Assembly (NCBI GenBank): GCA_964456225.1
Contig: CAYWAV010000001.1
Coordinates: 24,453 to 88,452 of the forward strand
Reading direction: 5' to 3'
Length of the DNA stretch: 64,000 bases
Source of the DNA: an uncultured Chitinophaga sp.
GTDB lineage: Bacteria > Bacteroidota > Bacteroidia > 2-12-FULL-35-15
The translations under genes were made by a program, and so were the position numbers. Below the pieces are notes generated by a model. It worked only from the letters and a program-made list of their open reading frames with translations. It was not told where the DNA came from and ran no database searches. Below are positions 47,164 through 55,239 of this stretch, piece after piece. Position 1 is the stretch's first letter; each line of letters starts with the position of its first letter.

Positions 47164-48036
47164 ATGCAAATTATGAAAAACAGTACTAACACCAAAAATT
47201 CTTCTAAAAGAGCTCAATTTTTTATTGGCTTTCTGTTGGTTTGTTTTTCCTCATCTCTTTTTGCTCAAGCTCCTTCATTTAGCATAAAACTAAAATTCTC
47301 TGTTCAGCAAGGCGGTCTTGAAAATTCATTGATTACAATTACAAGAAATGGTCAACCCTACCGAACAATAGATCCAAGCAAAGGAAAGTATTACATTGAT
47401 TTAGAGTTGGGTTCCAATTTCGTATTTACATTTACTAAGCCAGATCATATTTCAAAGCAAGTTATTATTAATACTACTGTACCAAACGGAAGAGAAAAGG
47501 ATGAATTTGCAAAATTTACTGCCGATGTTGGTTTAGAAATGCAACCGGAAGATAAGGTTGTGACTTACACTCAGCCAGTAGGTAGAATTAAATATAGTGG
47601 TTTAACCAGCGATTTTGATTTTGATAAAGATTATACGCAAACTGCTACTGAAGCGCAAAAGAAGGACAAGGAGAATGCGAAACCAAAACCGAAAGAACCA
47701 ACTCCCAATCCTCGTCCAGACCCACCAAAACCTGTTGTTGCGGAATTGCCACCCAGCAAACCAATTCCTGTTGAAGTAAAACAACCTGAATATAAACCAG
47801 AACCGCCAAAACCAAAACCAGTGGTTGTTGAGCCTGTTTTTGATTACAAGCCTGCAGTAAAAAATAAAGAAGAAAGAATTATTCAGAAGGACCGTCTAAA
47901 AATCACTATCATCATGGTGACTATTAAAGATGAAGAATATGAATATAAAAAGGAAGAATATACTTGGGGTGGTTTGTACTATTACAAAGACGGAAAAAAT
48001 ATTACTGAAGGCACTTTTGAAAAGGATACGGAGTAG
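47164..48036 (+). CDS. Secreted hypothetical protein with a Pro/Lys-rich spacer
   Basis: 290-aa ORF with the signal FFIGFLLVCFSSSLFAQA and the PKPKEPTPNPRPDPPKPV...PEPPKPKPVV segment. Confidence 0.6.
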   Translation: MQIMKNSTNTKNSSKRAQFFIGFLLVCFSSSLFAQAPSFSIKLKFSVQQGGLENSLITITRNGQPYRTIDPSKGKYYIDLELGSNFVFTFTKPDHISKQVIINTTVPNGREKDEFAKFTADVGLEMQPEDKVVTYTQPVGRIKYSGLTSDFDFDKDYTQTATEAQKKDKENAKPKPKEPTPNPRPDPPKPVVAELPPSKPIPVEVKQPEYKPEPPKPKPVVVEPVFDYKPAVKNKEERIIQKDRLKITIIMVTIKDEEYEYKKEEYTWGGLYYYKDGKNITEGTFEKDTE

Positions 48037-48049
48037 TTGTGTAATTTTG

Positions 48050-48583
48050 TTAGTTTAAAATTTTTCCTCTTTTGTATTTCGTTTTTCTTATTACTTTTCC
48101 TTTTTCATCAAACTCTGTCCAAGCACCATGTCTGAAAGACATTGGAAGTTCGTATTTTACATCTCCTTTTTCATTGGAAGAAAAATTAGCAAAATTACCT
48201 TTTGTTTTTATTGTACCATTAGGGTAATACAAACAGTATTCACCAATTGTATCCATCTCTACAAATGCATAAGTAGTATAAAAACTTTCTTGTAGCACCC
48301 CACTTAAATTATATATTTTAACAAAAGCGGTGTCTTTCCCAAAAAAGTTGAACAACTTTTCTTTGGATTCGATGGTAGTTTTTACGTACTCACATTTTAT
48401 AGGTTTATTATTGACTGTGCAGGTGCGGAATGCAGGGTCATAAACCATTCTGCAGCCATAACCACATGCAGGGTCTGTATAGATTTTAAATTCTTTAGCG
48501 TCCTTAAAGCCACTTTGAGCAAAGACATTCGTTGTGATAACCAGAGCAAAATGCAGAGTAAAAATAAATCTGAATGGTTTCAT
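48050..48583 (-). CDS. Secreted hypothetical protein with MORN/YwqK-like repeats
   Basis: The likely start is MKPFRFIFTLHFALVITTNVFAQ at 48583, because the track start 48658 overlaps lgt. It carries YYPNGTIKTKGNF and HGAWTEFDEKGKVIRKTKYKRGK. Confidence 0.5.
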   Translation of the reverse strand: MKPFRFIFTLHFALVITTNVFAQSGFKDAKEFKIYTDPACGYGCRMVYDPAFRTCTVNNKPIKCEYVKTTIESKEKLFNFFGKDTAFVKIYNLSGVLQESFYTTYAFVEMDTIGEYCLYYPNGTIKTKGNFANFSSNEKGDVKYELPMSFRHGAWTEFDEKGKVIRKTKYKRGKILN

Positions 48584-48605
48584 GTTAATAAAAGTATAAG
48601 TATTA

Positions 48606-49772
48606 TCAGGCTCTTCTTGTCTTTCGTTCAGCTTTTTTTTGGAAATAAAATATCCCAATTACTCCTAAAATAAATAATATTGTAGAAATCAATTCTGCTT
48701 GTGTGAATGTAAATCCGTTTATATCGTACAATGTATTAACTCTTATTTTTTCGATGAAGAAGCGTTCGATACCATTAAATATAAGATAAATAGAGAATAA
48801 TACACCGGGCGTTTTAATGCGCTTACGAATGTTCCAAAGTATCAGGAATAAAAAAAGACACATAATTGTTTCATAAAATGGAGTAGGGTAAACTGCCGGA
48901 ACTAAATGGTTGCAGTATTTGTCAGTCACACAATCCAACATCGGAATTCCATCGTTTACCACATTGTGTGGGTAATCATAGCTCCACATCCAATCGGGTA
49001 ACCAACTTAACGGTTTTGGGTTTGTACTTGGTATTCCCCAATCTCCATCACCCGACATGTGACAACCAATTCTTCCAACTGCATATCCAATCATAATGGA
49101 AGGAGCAGCAGAGTCGATCAAATGAGGAGTTGGAATTTTATATTTTCTACCATATAAAATTAAAGCAATGGATGCTAATATCAATCCGCCATACATGGTT
49201 AATCCATCAAACGAAAGCAATGCTTCTACTGGATCTGCAATAAACGTACTCCAGTTTTCTAAATTGTGAAATATTTTTGCTCCTAGCAATCCTGCAAAAG
49301 CTGCAATCAAAGTCATGTTTCCAACATGCTGATAGGGATGCATCAGCTCTTCTACCAATATTGGAGTTGCTAATTTTGCTTTTTCTTTTTCGCGATATTT
49401 TAAATAAAGAGATATGGCGCCAAGAACAATTCCACCAAGTAAATTTCCTTGCGTAGACAATAAAAACCCTTGTGTGTCTTCTGTAAAGGCCGTGAAATTG
49501 AAAATTATGTAAAGTAATTTGTAGCCAATGAAAAAACCGAGTAACCCTGAAAAAAACAATTCACTGCTCGTTGCTTTTTGTCCTTTTAGTGTTTTATTGG
49601 TAGTCGGACTCAACAATCCTTCTTCTTCTTTACGTTTTAACTCTTTTGTCCAGAAATAAGCAGAAGTCAAAAATGCAATAGCAACAAAGAATCCGAACAT
49701 CTGGACCATTTTTAAACCGGGCCAATCCAGTCCAAATAAATCTTTGAAAGCATAATAAAGTGATGGATACAT
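48606..49772 (-). CDS. lgt: Prolipoprotein diacylglyceryl transferase
   Basis: 388-aa polytopic ORF with GRIGCHMSGDGDWG and YPTPFYETI. The latter corresponds to the HPTQLYE block of Lgt. Confidence 0.75.
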   Translation of the reverse strand: MYPSLYYAFKDLFGLDWPGLKMVQMFGFFVAIAFLTSAYFWTKELKRKEEEGLLSPTTNKTLKGQKATSSELFFSGLLGFFIGYKLLYIIFNFTAFTEDTQGFLLSTQGNLLGGIVLGAISLYLKYREKEKAKLATPILVEELMHPYQHVGNMTLIAAFAGLLGAKIFHNLENWSTFIADPVEALLSFDGLTMYGGLILASIALILYGRKYKIPTPHLIDSAAPSIMIGYAVGRIGCHMSGDGDWGIPSTNPKPLSWLPDWMWSYDYPHNVVNDGIPMLDCVTDKYCNHLVPAVYPTPFYETIMCLFLFLILWNIRKRIKTPGVLFSIYLIFNGIERFFIEKIRVNTLYDINGFTFTQAELISTILFILGVIGIFYFQKKAERKTRRA

Positions 49773-49776
49773 ACTT

Positions 49777-49816
49777 AAGTTAAAAGTTAAAAAGTTAAAA
49801 GTTAAAAGTTTTGAAG
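49777..49816. repeat. Tandem heptamer repeat (AGTTAAA, about 4-5 units) 5 nt upstream of the lgt start codon
   Basis: AAGTTAAAAGTTAAAAAGTTAAAAGTTAAAAGTTTTGAAG. Confidence 0.8.
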
Positions 49817-49846
49817 CCGTATTTTATGATTTGCTTTCCGCTGTTT

Positions 49847-50215
49847 TCAATTAACTATTGAAGCAAAAATACGAATCTTTAATGGAACGGAGAATATTAT
49901 TGCTTTTGAACGCTTCTCGACTCCGCTCGAAGTGACTTTGCAACGGTCATTTCGAGCGGAGTCGAGAAAGGGCGTTGGATTGATGCTCAAATAGTTACTC
50001 CAAACCCAGCATGCTCTGAATGACTCTTTTCCTTCTTTCGTTTTTTTAAGGTTAGTTATGAGCATAATTGCCCTGTCGATTCGCTTTTGGGAGTTTTTAA
50101 CCGTGTTTACATAATGAATAATGTAACGTTGTTTTCCCGGTGTTAGCATTTTAAATCTTTTCATTCCTTCCGTATCTTGATCGAGCAGTTCTTTCAATTC
50201 TTCAGAAACTTCCAT
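49847..50215 (-). CDS. YdeI/OmpD-associated (bacteriocin-protection-like) domain protein; the C-terminal 60 aa are probably repeat-derived read-through
   Basis: 122-aa ORF. LTPGKQRYIIHYVNTVKNSQKRIDRAIMLITNLKK fits the YdeI C-terminal domain. The tail (...FLDSARNDRCKVTSSGVEKR...) is the translation of the hairpin at 49913-49970. Confidence 0.55.
   Translation of the reverse strand: MEVSEELKELLDQDTEGMKRFKMLTPGKQRYIIHYVNTVKNSQKRIDRAIMLITNLKKTKEGKESFRACWVWSNYLSINPTPFLDSARNDRCKVTSSGVEKRSKAIIFSVPLKIRIFASIVN
49913..49970. repeat. Family B long hairpin (two about 24-nt arms, 10-nt spacer), a cargo-less relative of the GIY-YIG flanking repeats
   Basis: CTTCTCGACTCCGCTCGAAGTGAC-tttgcaacg-GTCATTTCGAGCGGAGTCGAGAAAG. 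The arms share the core GAGCGGAGTCGA with 16130-16155 and 16501-16526. Confidence 0.8.
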
Positions 50216-50239
50216 CCCAAATTCACTCTCATCTTTTTT

Positions 50240-50512
50240 TTAGCTGACTGTTACTTCATCTTTAAATTTTAAGCCTAGTTTTTTTAAACGCGACATATTG
50301 ATGCTGATATAGCCGCTTCCATTTCCTAAAGCTACTAGTCCGCCCTGAAAAGTAAGTTTGCCATTGATGGTACACAACAACCGCATTTTGAACTTACCTC
50401 CTAATTTGACTATAATGTCGGGTGGTACTTCAAAATAGTGCATCCCTACAATGTGTTCCAGCGTGTAGATTTTACTTTTGTAAGAAATTTCAGTTTCTTT
50501 TTTCTTCGCCAT
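50240..50512 (-). CDS. DUF1905-domain protein
   Basis: 90-aa ORF. YFEVPPDIIVKLGGKFKMRLLCTINGKLTFQGGLVALGNGSGYISI fits DUF1905 as I recall it. Confidence 0.6.
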   Translation of the reverse strand: MAKKKETEISYKSKIYTLEHIVGMHYFEVPPDIIVKLGGKFKMRLLCTINGKLTFQGGLVALGNGSGYISINMSRLKKLGLKFKDEVTVS

Positions 50513-50521
50513 TTTTGTTTA

Positions 50522-50545
50522 GAAAAAAAGGGGCATAGAGCCCCT
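50522..50545 (-). terminator. Rho-independent terminator of the SMC-like three-gene operon
   Basis: The minus strand reads AGGGGCtctatGCCCCTTTTTTTCT, a GC-rich 6-bp stem plus a T7 run. It lies about 135 nt downstream of the stop at 50679. Confidence 0.7.
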
Positions 50546-50583
50546 AATAATAATTTGTTTTGTTTATTGTTATTCTCGACCAA

Positions 50584-50612
50584 TCCCCCTTGCCCCCTTT
50601 TCAAGGGGAGAA
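50584..50612. repeat. Degenerate family A-like GC-rich repeat, intergenic
   Basis: ATCCCCCTTGCCCCCTTTTCAAGGGGAGAA, with the stem CCCCTT/AAGGGG. Confidence 0.5.
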
Positions 50613-50678
50613 TACATCCTGCTCGCTTGAATCTTTATATACAAATTCGTAAATTCGTTATGATTAGTTATCTGTAAC

Positions 50679-51206
50679 CTATTCTTCTTTTTCAGCATTT
50701 TCGTATTTCACAATGTCTGTTGCGAAATCCATGAAGAATTTGTGTGCAGATGTGAATACAAAGCGATTATCACCTGTTTTTTCGATGATGTTTCTTCTGT
50801 TTAAGGTGTTGATGAAGTTCTTTCTGGAATCCGCATCTTTCAACTGTTTGTTTGATAAAATCAAATCAATGTAAGAGGAGTTGGTGAAATAGTTTTCTAT
50901 TTCTTCCATTTCAAATTCTGAAAACTGAATTCTTTCAAGGAAATTTTTTCCGTCTCTGTCCAATTCATAACTCAACAATGAAATAAATATACAGATGTCA
51001 CGAGACAACATCTCTGCCGACTCTTCTGATACAAGATATGCGTAATCTTGCGTCAAACGCAATTCATAGTTAAATGACGCTTTGAAGAAATAAGTATACG
51101 ATTGCTCGTTATCTTTTACAGTTTGATACGTACGTTCGTTTGGCAGCATAAATTTGCCCGACATAAGATCTTCTACGATTTGGCGGTGGTGGTTAGGAAA
51201 TTCCAT
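50679..51206 (-). CDS. MukE/MksE/JetB-like (KITE-type) SMC accessory protein
   Basis: 175-aa ORF that is segment-wise collinear with E. coli MukE as I recall it. Matching segments are FNYELRLTQDYAYLVSE ~ YNVELIRAPEGFFYLRPR, LSRDICIFISLLSYEL ~ LSELDMMVGKILCYLYL, and LNRRNIIEKTGDNRFVFTSAHKFF ~ [26 protein letters not shown]. It has an acidic C-terminal tail, and its start overlaps the upstream gene by 14 nt. Confidence 0.55.
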   Translation of the reverse strand: MEFPNHHRQIVEDLMSGKFMLPNERTYQTVKDNEQSYTYFFKASFNYELRLTQDYAYLVSEESAEMLSRDICIFISLLSYELDRDGKNFLERIQFSEFEMEEIENYFTNSSYIDLILSNKQLKDADSRKNFINTLNRRNIIEKTGDNRFVFTSAHKFFMDFATDIVKYENAEKEE

Positions 51207-52410
51207 CTTGTGTATCGATTATTAGTGGTTGTTGATTGATAGTTACTTTCGGAACTGTTAAAGTTAAGTCGTTAATTTTGATTTTATCAAATTCTGGTTT
51301 TGCGCCATACTCACGCTCAATGTCTTCATCAAAAGCCAATGTAGTTAAAGCAAAGAACTTTTCAATTTCTACTTTTTTATAATCTTCCTTTAATGTAATG
51401 TTACACCAGTTGAAGAAATTGTGGACCGGTAAATTGTCCTTCAGCTTCTTTGTATAATGCTCTTTGTCGAAAATCCACTTTTCTGCTTCGTTTTCTTCTT
51501 CTTCAAAATAAACATCGGTTTCGTTTTTGAATTGTTCGAAAATTTCAGAAGCATTGTAAAACGTATCTTTTGAATAAACAGAAACTTCTTTTCTTTTAAG
51601 CAATTTTGGTGATTTGCGTTTGTAAGGATTTTTCAAATAAGTAATCCAGCCGGTTAAAATAATCGACTCAGTTCTGATGCGTTCGATCAATGGCAATAAT
51701 TCATTTGTCAGAATTTTAGATTGACGCAATAAATTGTCATTCACCTGAATCAATTGAAAATAAAGCTTTTCAAACTGAACACGAGCATTTTCATCATCAA
51801 AATTCAAACGGTATTTATTTGAATATTCAGAAATTTCATACAACTTATTCGCAACTGATGTTGAATGGTTAATATCCAAAATTTTATTCAATGGAATAAT
51901 ATATTCGTCAATCCAACGGGATGCACGAACAATTTTTTCACGGTAATCAATTTTTTTAACGTTTGCTTTTAACTCGCGGGTTTCAATCAATAAACTTTGT
52001 GTGTTGCGTTCCACCATTTCGTAAAACGAACGGACTTCAATAGCTAAGTCGTTCAAGCGTTGGCTCAAAGTTACTTTATCGCCATTAATGTTTTCTCTGA
52101 TTTTACGGAACAATTCCGCAATTGAAGTGTGGTATTTCTCAATTGTTTCCGGCAACATCGGTTTGAATTCGCTCAATACGAACTCAATCAAATTATAATA
52201 AACAGTACGAATTTCGTAGTTGTCGTTTACTGGACTCAATATCTTGTATTCAATCAATTGTGGACGAACGTCACTTTCGTGTTTCGCTACAATCTCATTC
52301 AATACTTCATACGCAATGATGCCTTCTTTGGATTGTGTTTCAAACAATTCAGCAATCACATCGTAATGTTCCAATAAAAAGCGGAGTATGGTTTTTGGTT
52401 CTGCCTTCAT
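51193..52410 (-). CDS. Putative kleisin-like subunit (MukF/MksF/JetA-like), assigned by size, helical character and position
   Basis: 405-aa ORF. It has an N-terminal wHTH-like region (ILRFLLEHYDVIAELF...YEIRTVYYNLIEFV), a long helical middle and an acidic linker (YFEEEENEAEKW). It is translationally coupled to the MukE-like gene. No diagnostic motif was recognised by eye. Confidence 0.4.
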   Translation of the reverse strand: MKAEPKTILRFLLEHYDVIAELFETQSKEGIIAYEVLNEIVAKHESDVRPQLIEYKILSPVNDNYEIRTVYYNLIEFVLSEFKPMLPETIEKYHTSIAELFRKIRENINGDKVTLSQRLNDLAIEVRSFYEMVERNTQSLLIETRELKANVKKIDYREKIVRASRWIDEYIIPLNKILDINHSTSVANKLYEISEYSNKYRLNFDDENARVQFEKLYFQLIQVNDNLLRQSKILTNELLPLIERIRTESIILTGWITYLKNPYKRKSPKLLKRKEVSVYSKDTFYNASEIFEQFKNETDVYFEEEENEAEKWIFDKEHYTKKLKDNLPVHNFFNWCNITLKEDYKKVEIEKFFALTTLAFDEDIEREYGAKPEFDKIKINDLTLTVPKVTINQQPLIIDTQDGIS

Positions 52411-52444
52411 TTGATTAGAATTATTTTTTTATTTTCAAATGGTG

Positions 52445-52489
52445 CAAGGATATGTTCGCTTTATTTTTTCTGCAAATAATATATCCTTG
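52445..52489 (-). other. Stem-loop in the 107-nt spacer between the SMC-like and kleisin-like genes
   Basis: CAAGGATAT (52445-52453) pairs with ATATCCTTG (52481-52489), giving a 9-bp perfect stem and a 27-nt loop. No T-run follows. Confidence 0.5.
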
Positions 52490-52517
52490 GTTCATTTTTT
52501 ATTATACTATTAATTGC

Positions 52518-55211
52518 TTAGTTCAAATTTTTTAAATTCTTCTTGTTAACTTTTTCCACAACACCATTTCTTTCTACTATCACGGCATTTTGTCTTTCGT
52601 TAATATTGATTTTTCCTTTTGAAGGATAAATGAAATAATATTTATTGAATCCTTCCACAGCATCTGGCGCAGCAAAAATTGGAATGAAATTATGTGAATT
52701 ACAGAATTTCACAAGCTCCGGACGATTTTGTTTATCTATCGTAGCAACTTCATCAATAAACAATGTGATTTTGTTTTGTTCGTCTGTGATAGCAAGTCTG
52801 TTGATGATAGCCATAATGATTACCAAACGAATCATTCTGTCTGTTCCGTCCGATTCAACTTGGTTTGCTAAATCCACACGTTTTTCTGTTCCTTTGATTT
52901 CCAATAATAATTCGATATTGAACAATTCATCAAAATGAACTTTTTTACCTGTATCCAAATAAGTGTTCAGAATTTTCAAGTTTTCTGATTGATCAAAATC
53001 AAAACTCATTTGTCCGTTGAACTCCTGAATAGAACTGATCGCTTTCAATTCACTCATGATACGCTCGTTATCTATCAAATCAATTTTTAATGATTCGATG
53101 TTGGAGATACGAGTTGTTGCCAATTTTGTATTGAACTTGTCGTAAACGAATTGTTTGAATTCTTCGTAACGTTTCAATAAAGTAAATGCAGGGTTTGCGA
53201 ATTGGGTAGAGATACTTGATAACAAGCCATCAATACTTCTTTCTTTATCGCTCAAACAAGCAATTTCTTCTTCCACAAAATTGATAAATTCTATTTCGTC
53301 AGCAATGCTGCTTCTTAAACGGTATTTTAATCCTTCGAACACAACATCTTTGTTTGCTTTAATATCGTGACGATCTTTTTGGTGAATTTGAATTTTCGAA
53401 TAGATGTAATCTAAGTTGTCATTGGTTTCGTATTCACGAGGTTCCACTTCAATGGATTCCATTTCCATTTTACGGTCTTTCAATTCTTTTACACGAAGTT
53501 CAAGATTGCGTTTTTCCTCGTTTAATTTATCCAACATGATTTGTTTAGAAGCAATTTCTTTTACTAAATCATTCAATTGCAATTCAAGTTCTTTTTTCTC
53601 TTCATTGAATCCTTTGATTTCTTCAATAATACCTTTAATCGCTTTCTCTAACTGAGGTTTGGTTTCAATGCCTTTGATTTTGTCCTTGATAACTTCTAAT
53701 TCTCCAAGGATGCTTTTTAACTTGAAATCTGTTTTTTCTTTGTCGACAACTGTTTTTAAAAGTTCCTCTGTTATTTTTTTCTCAGAAAGTAAAACTTTTA
53801 ATTCATCTTTCAATTCTTTAACAGAACGGAATTCGGTTAACTCTAATCCTTTTGAAATATCAATTTCACCATCAAAAATGTTCATCAATTTATCTGATAC
53901 TTTTTTGATTTGCTTTTTAATTTGTTTGCTTGGTAAACTCAATACTTGCTCCGAAAGGATAGCATTTAATAGCTGTTTCGTTTTTTCGTCATCTGAAATT
54001 TTGTGAATCAATAAGTTGTTGTAGTTGTTGATTTGATTTTCTACTGATGCAATTTTATCGGTCACTTTTTCTAAACGGAATTCCAAATGTTTGCTAGAAA
54101 GTTTTTGGCTTTCAATTGTTGTAATTCTGTTCTCGATTTCTTTACGTTCTTGATCCAAGTTTTTCATGGACTCTTTCAAGAACTCAATTGTTTCGTATTT
54201 GTTGATTTCATGCAATTCCACTTGCTTTTCGTTCAAGTAAGCAGTTTTGTTTTTGATTTCAGCATTTTTCTCACCGATGTAAGAAGCGAAATTTAATTCT
54301 TTCGGTTTTAAAATTTCATTAATCTCGTTGTGAATAGCTGCAATGTGGCGACCGCGTTCAACTGAAGATATTTCCAATTCCGGAATAGCAGCAGTGTAAG
54401 CAGTGTTGAATGCATATAACAATTCACTAACAATGCTGGTTTTTGAATTGTGAACTTTAACCAATTCACGAAAGTCTAAGAAGTCGGGACGAACAGCTTT
54501 GATACTTTTAATTTCTTCGTTTATACGAAGCAAATCGGTAATGTCTTTTTTGTTTTTCTGAGAAAAGTTTAATCCTTCATTCTCGCGGTTATCAGCAATA
54601 ATTAAAGATTCTTTCAAAGTTTTGTTGGTGATTAATTTAGAGTTAATCAAGTAACGGTAAACTTTTGAGAAGTTGTTGCTCAATCCGTCTGCTTTAACTG
54701 TATCTTCTAACCAAACAACAGCATTGTTCTTTGTTCCACGGTGGTAAACTGCGTTAAACACATCTGTTTTCGTTGCAAACTTGCTGTGCATCACACCACG
54801 TTTGTTTAAGTTTTCAACTACTTCATCAAAGCTCAACAAACGTTGGTGAGTGCCTTCCATCTCAAAGAAGAAGTCTTCGTTGTAATCACTTTCAATTTTA
54901 TAGTATTCCAGTTCACCATCTGTATTTCGTTTTACCAAAATGCAGTAGTAGCCCATTTTATTGATTTCAAAAATCAAGAAACTCTTGTTGTGAGTGGGGA
55001 AGTAGTGATGGATTGTTTCTTTATCACCTTTACGCTGACCGCTGAACGACATTTTTTGGCCGTCAACCACAAACAAAAAGTTCAGCGCATAGATTAGCGT
55101 TGATTTACCAATGTTGTTTGGTCCAACCAATTGGATAGAATCACAATTGTCGAGTTTCATTTCGGCCTTGCCGTAACCTTTTGAGTTAATTAAAGAGATT
55201 CGAGTAAGCAT
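52518..55211 (-). CDS. SMC/MukB/Rad50-like coiled-coil ABC ATPase
   Basis: 897-aa ORF with an N-terminal Walker A LVGPNNIGKST and about 450 aa of K/E/I/L-rich heptad sequence. The C-terminus has a signature-like QVESDGTDRM and a Walker B/D-loop ITLFIDEVATID. No CxxC zinc hook is present. Confidence 0.7.
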   Translation of the reverse strand: MLTRISLINSKGYGKAEMKLDNCDSIQLVGPNNIGKSTLIYALNFLFVVDGQKMSFSGQRKGDKETIHHYFPTHNKSFLIFEINKMGYYCILVKRNTDGELEYYKIESDYNEDFFFEMEGTHQRLLSFDEVVENLNKRGVMHSKFATKTDVFNAVYHRGTKNNAVVWLEDTVKADGLSNNFSKVYRYLINSKLITNKTLKESLIIADNRENEGLNFSQKNKKDITDLLRINEEIKSIKAVRPDFLDFRELVKVHNSKTSIVSELLYAFNTAYTAAIPELEISSVERGRHIAAIHNEINEILKPKELNFASYIGEKNAEIKNKTAYLNEKQVELHEINKYETIEFLKESMKNLDQERKEIENRITTIESQKLSSKHLEFRLEKVTDKIASVENQINNYNNLLIHKISDDEKTKQLLNAILSEQVLSLPSKQIKKQIKKVSDKLMNIFDGEIDISKGLELTEFRSVKELKDELKVLLSEKKITEELLKTVVDKEKTDFKLKSILGELEVIKDKIKGIETKPQLEKAIKGIIEEIKGFNEEKKELELQLNDLVKEIASKQIMLDKLNEEKRNLELRVKELKDRKMEMESIEVEPREYETNDNLDYIYSKIQIHQKDRHDIKANKDVVFEGLKYRLRSSIADEIEFINFVEEEIACLSDKERSIDGLLSSISTQFANPAFTLLKRYEEFKQFVYDKFNTKLATTRISNIESLKIDLIDNERIMSELKAISSIQEFNGQMSFDFDQSENLKILNTYLDTGKKVHFDELFNIELLLEIKGTEKRVDLANQVESDGTDRMIRLVIIMAIINRLAITDEQNKITLFIDEVATIDKQNRPELVKFCNSHNFIPIFAAPDAVEGFNKYYFIYPSKGKININERQNAVIVERNGVVEKVNKKNLKNLN

Positions 55212-55239
55212 CTTTTTATAGGATTATAAGATTTATGCT

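Noticed and set aside
53416-54296. Several plus-strand ORFs of 69-115 aa (Ser/Phe/Leu-rich) inside the SMC-like gene.
   Set aside because: This is the antisense reading of Lys/Glu-rich coiled-coil codons (AAR/GAR read as YTT/YTC), with no domain features. Such shadows are typical artefacts.
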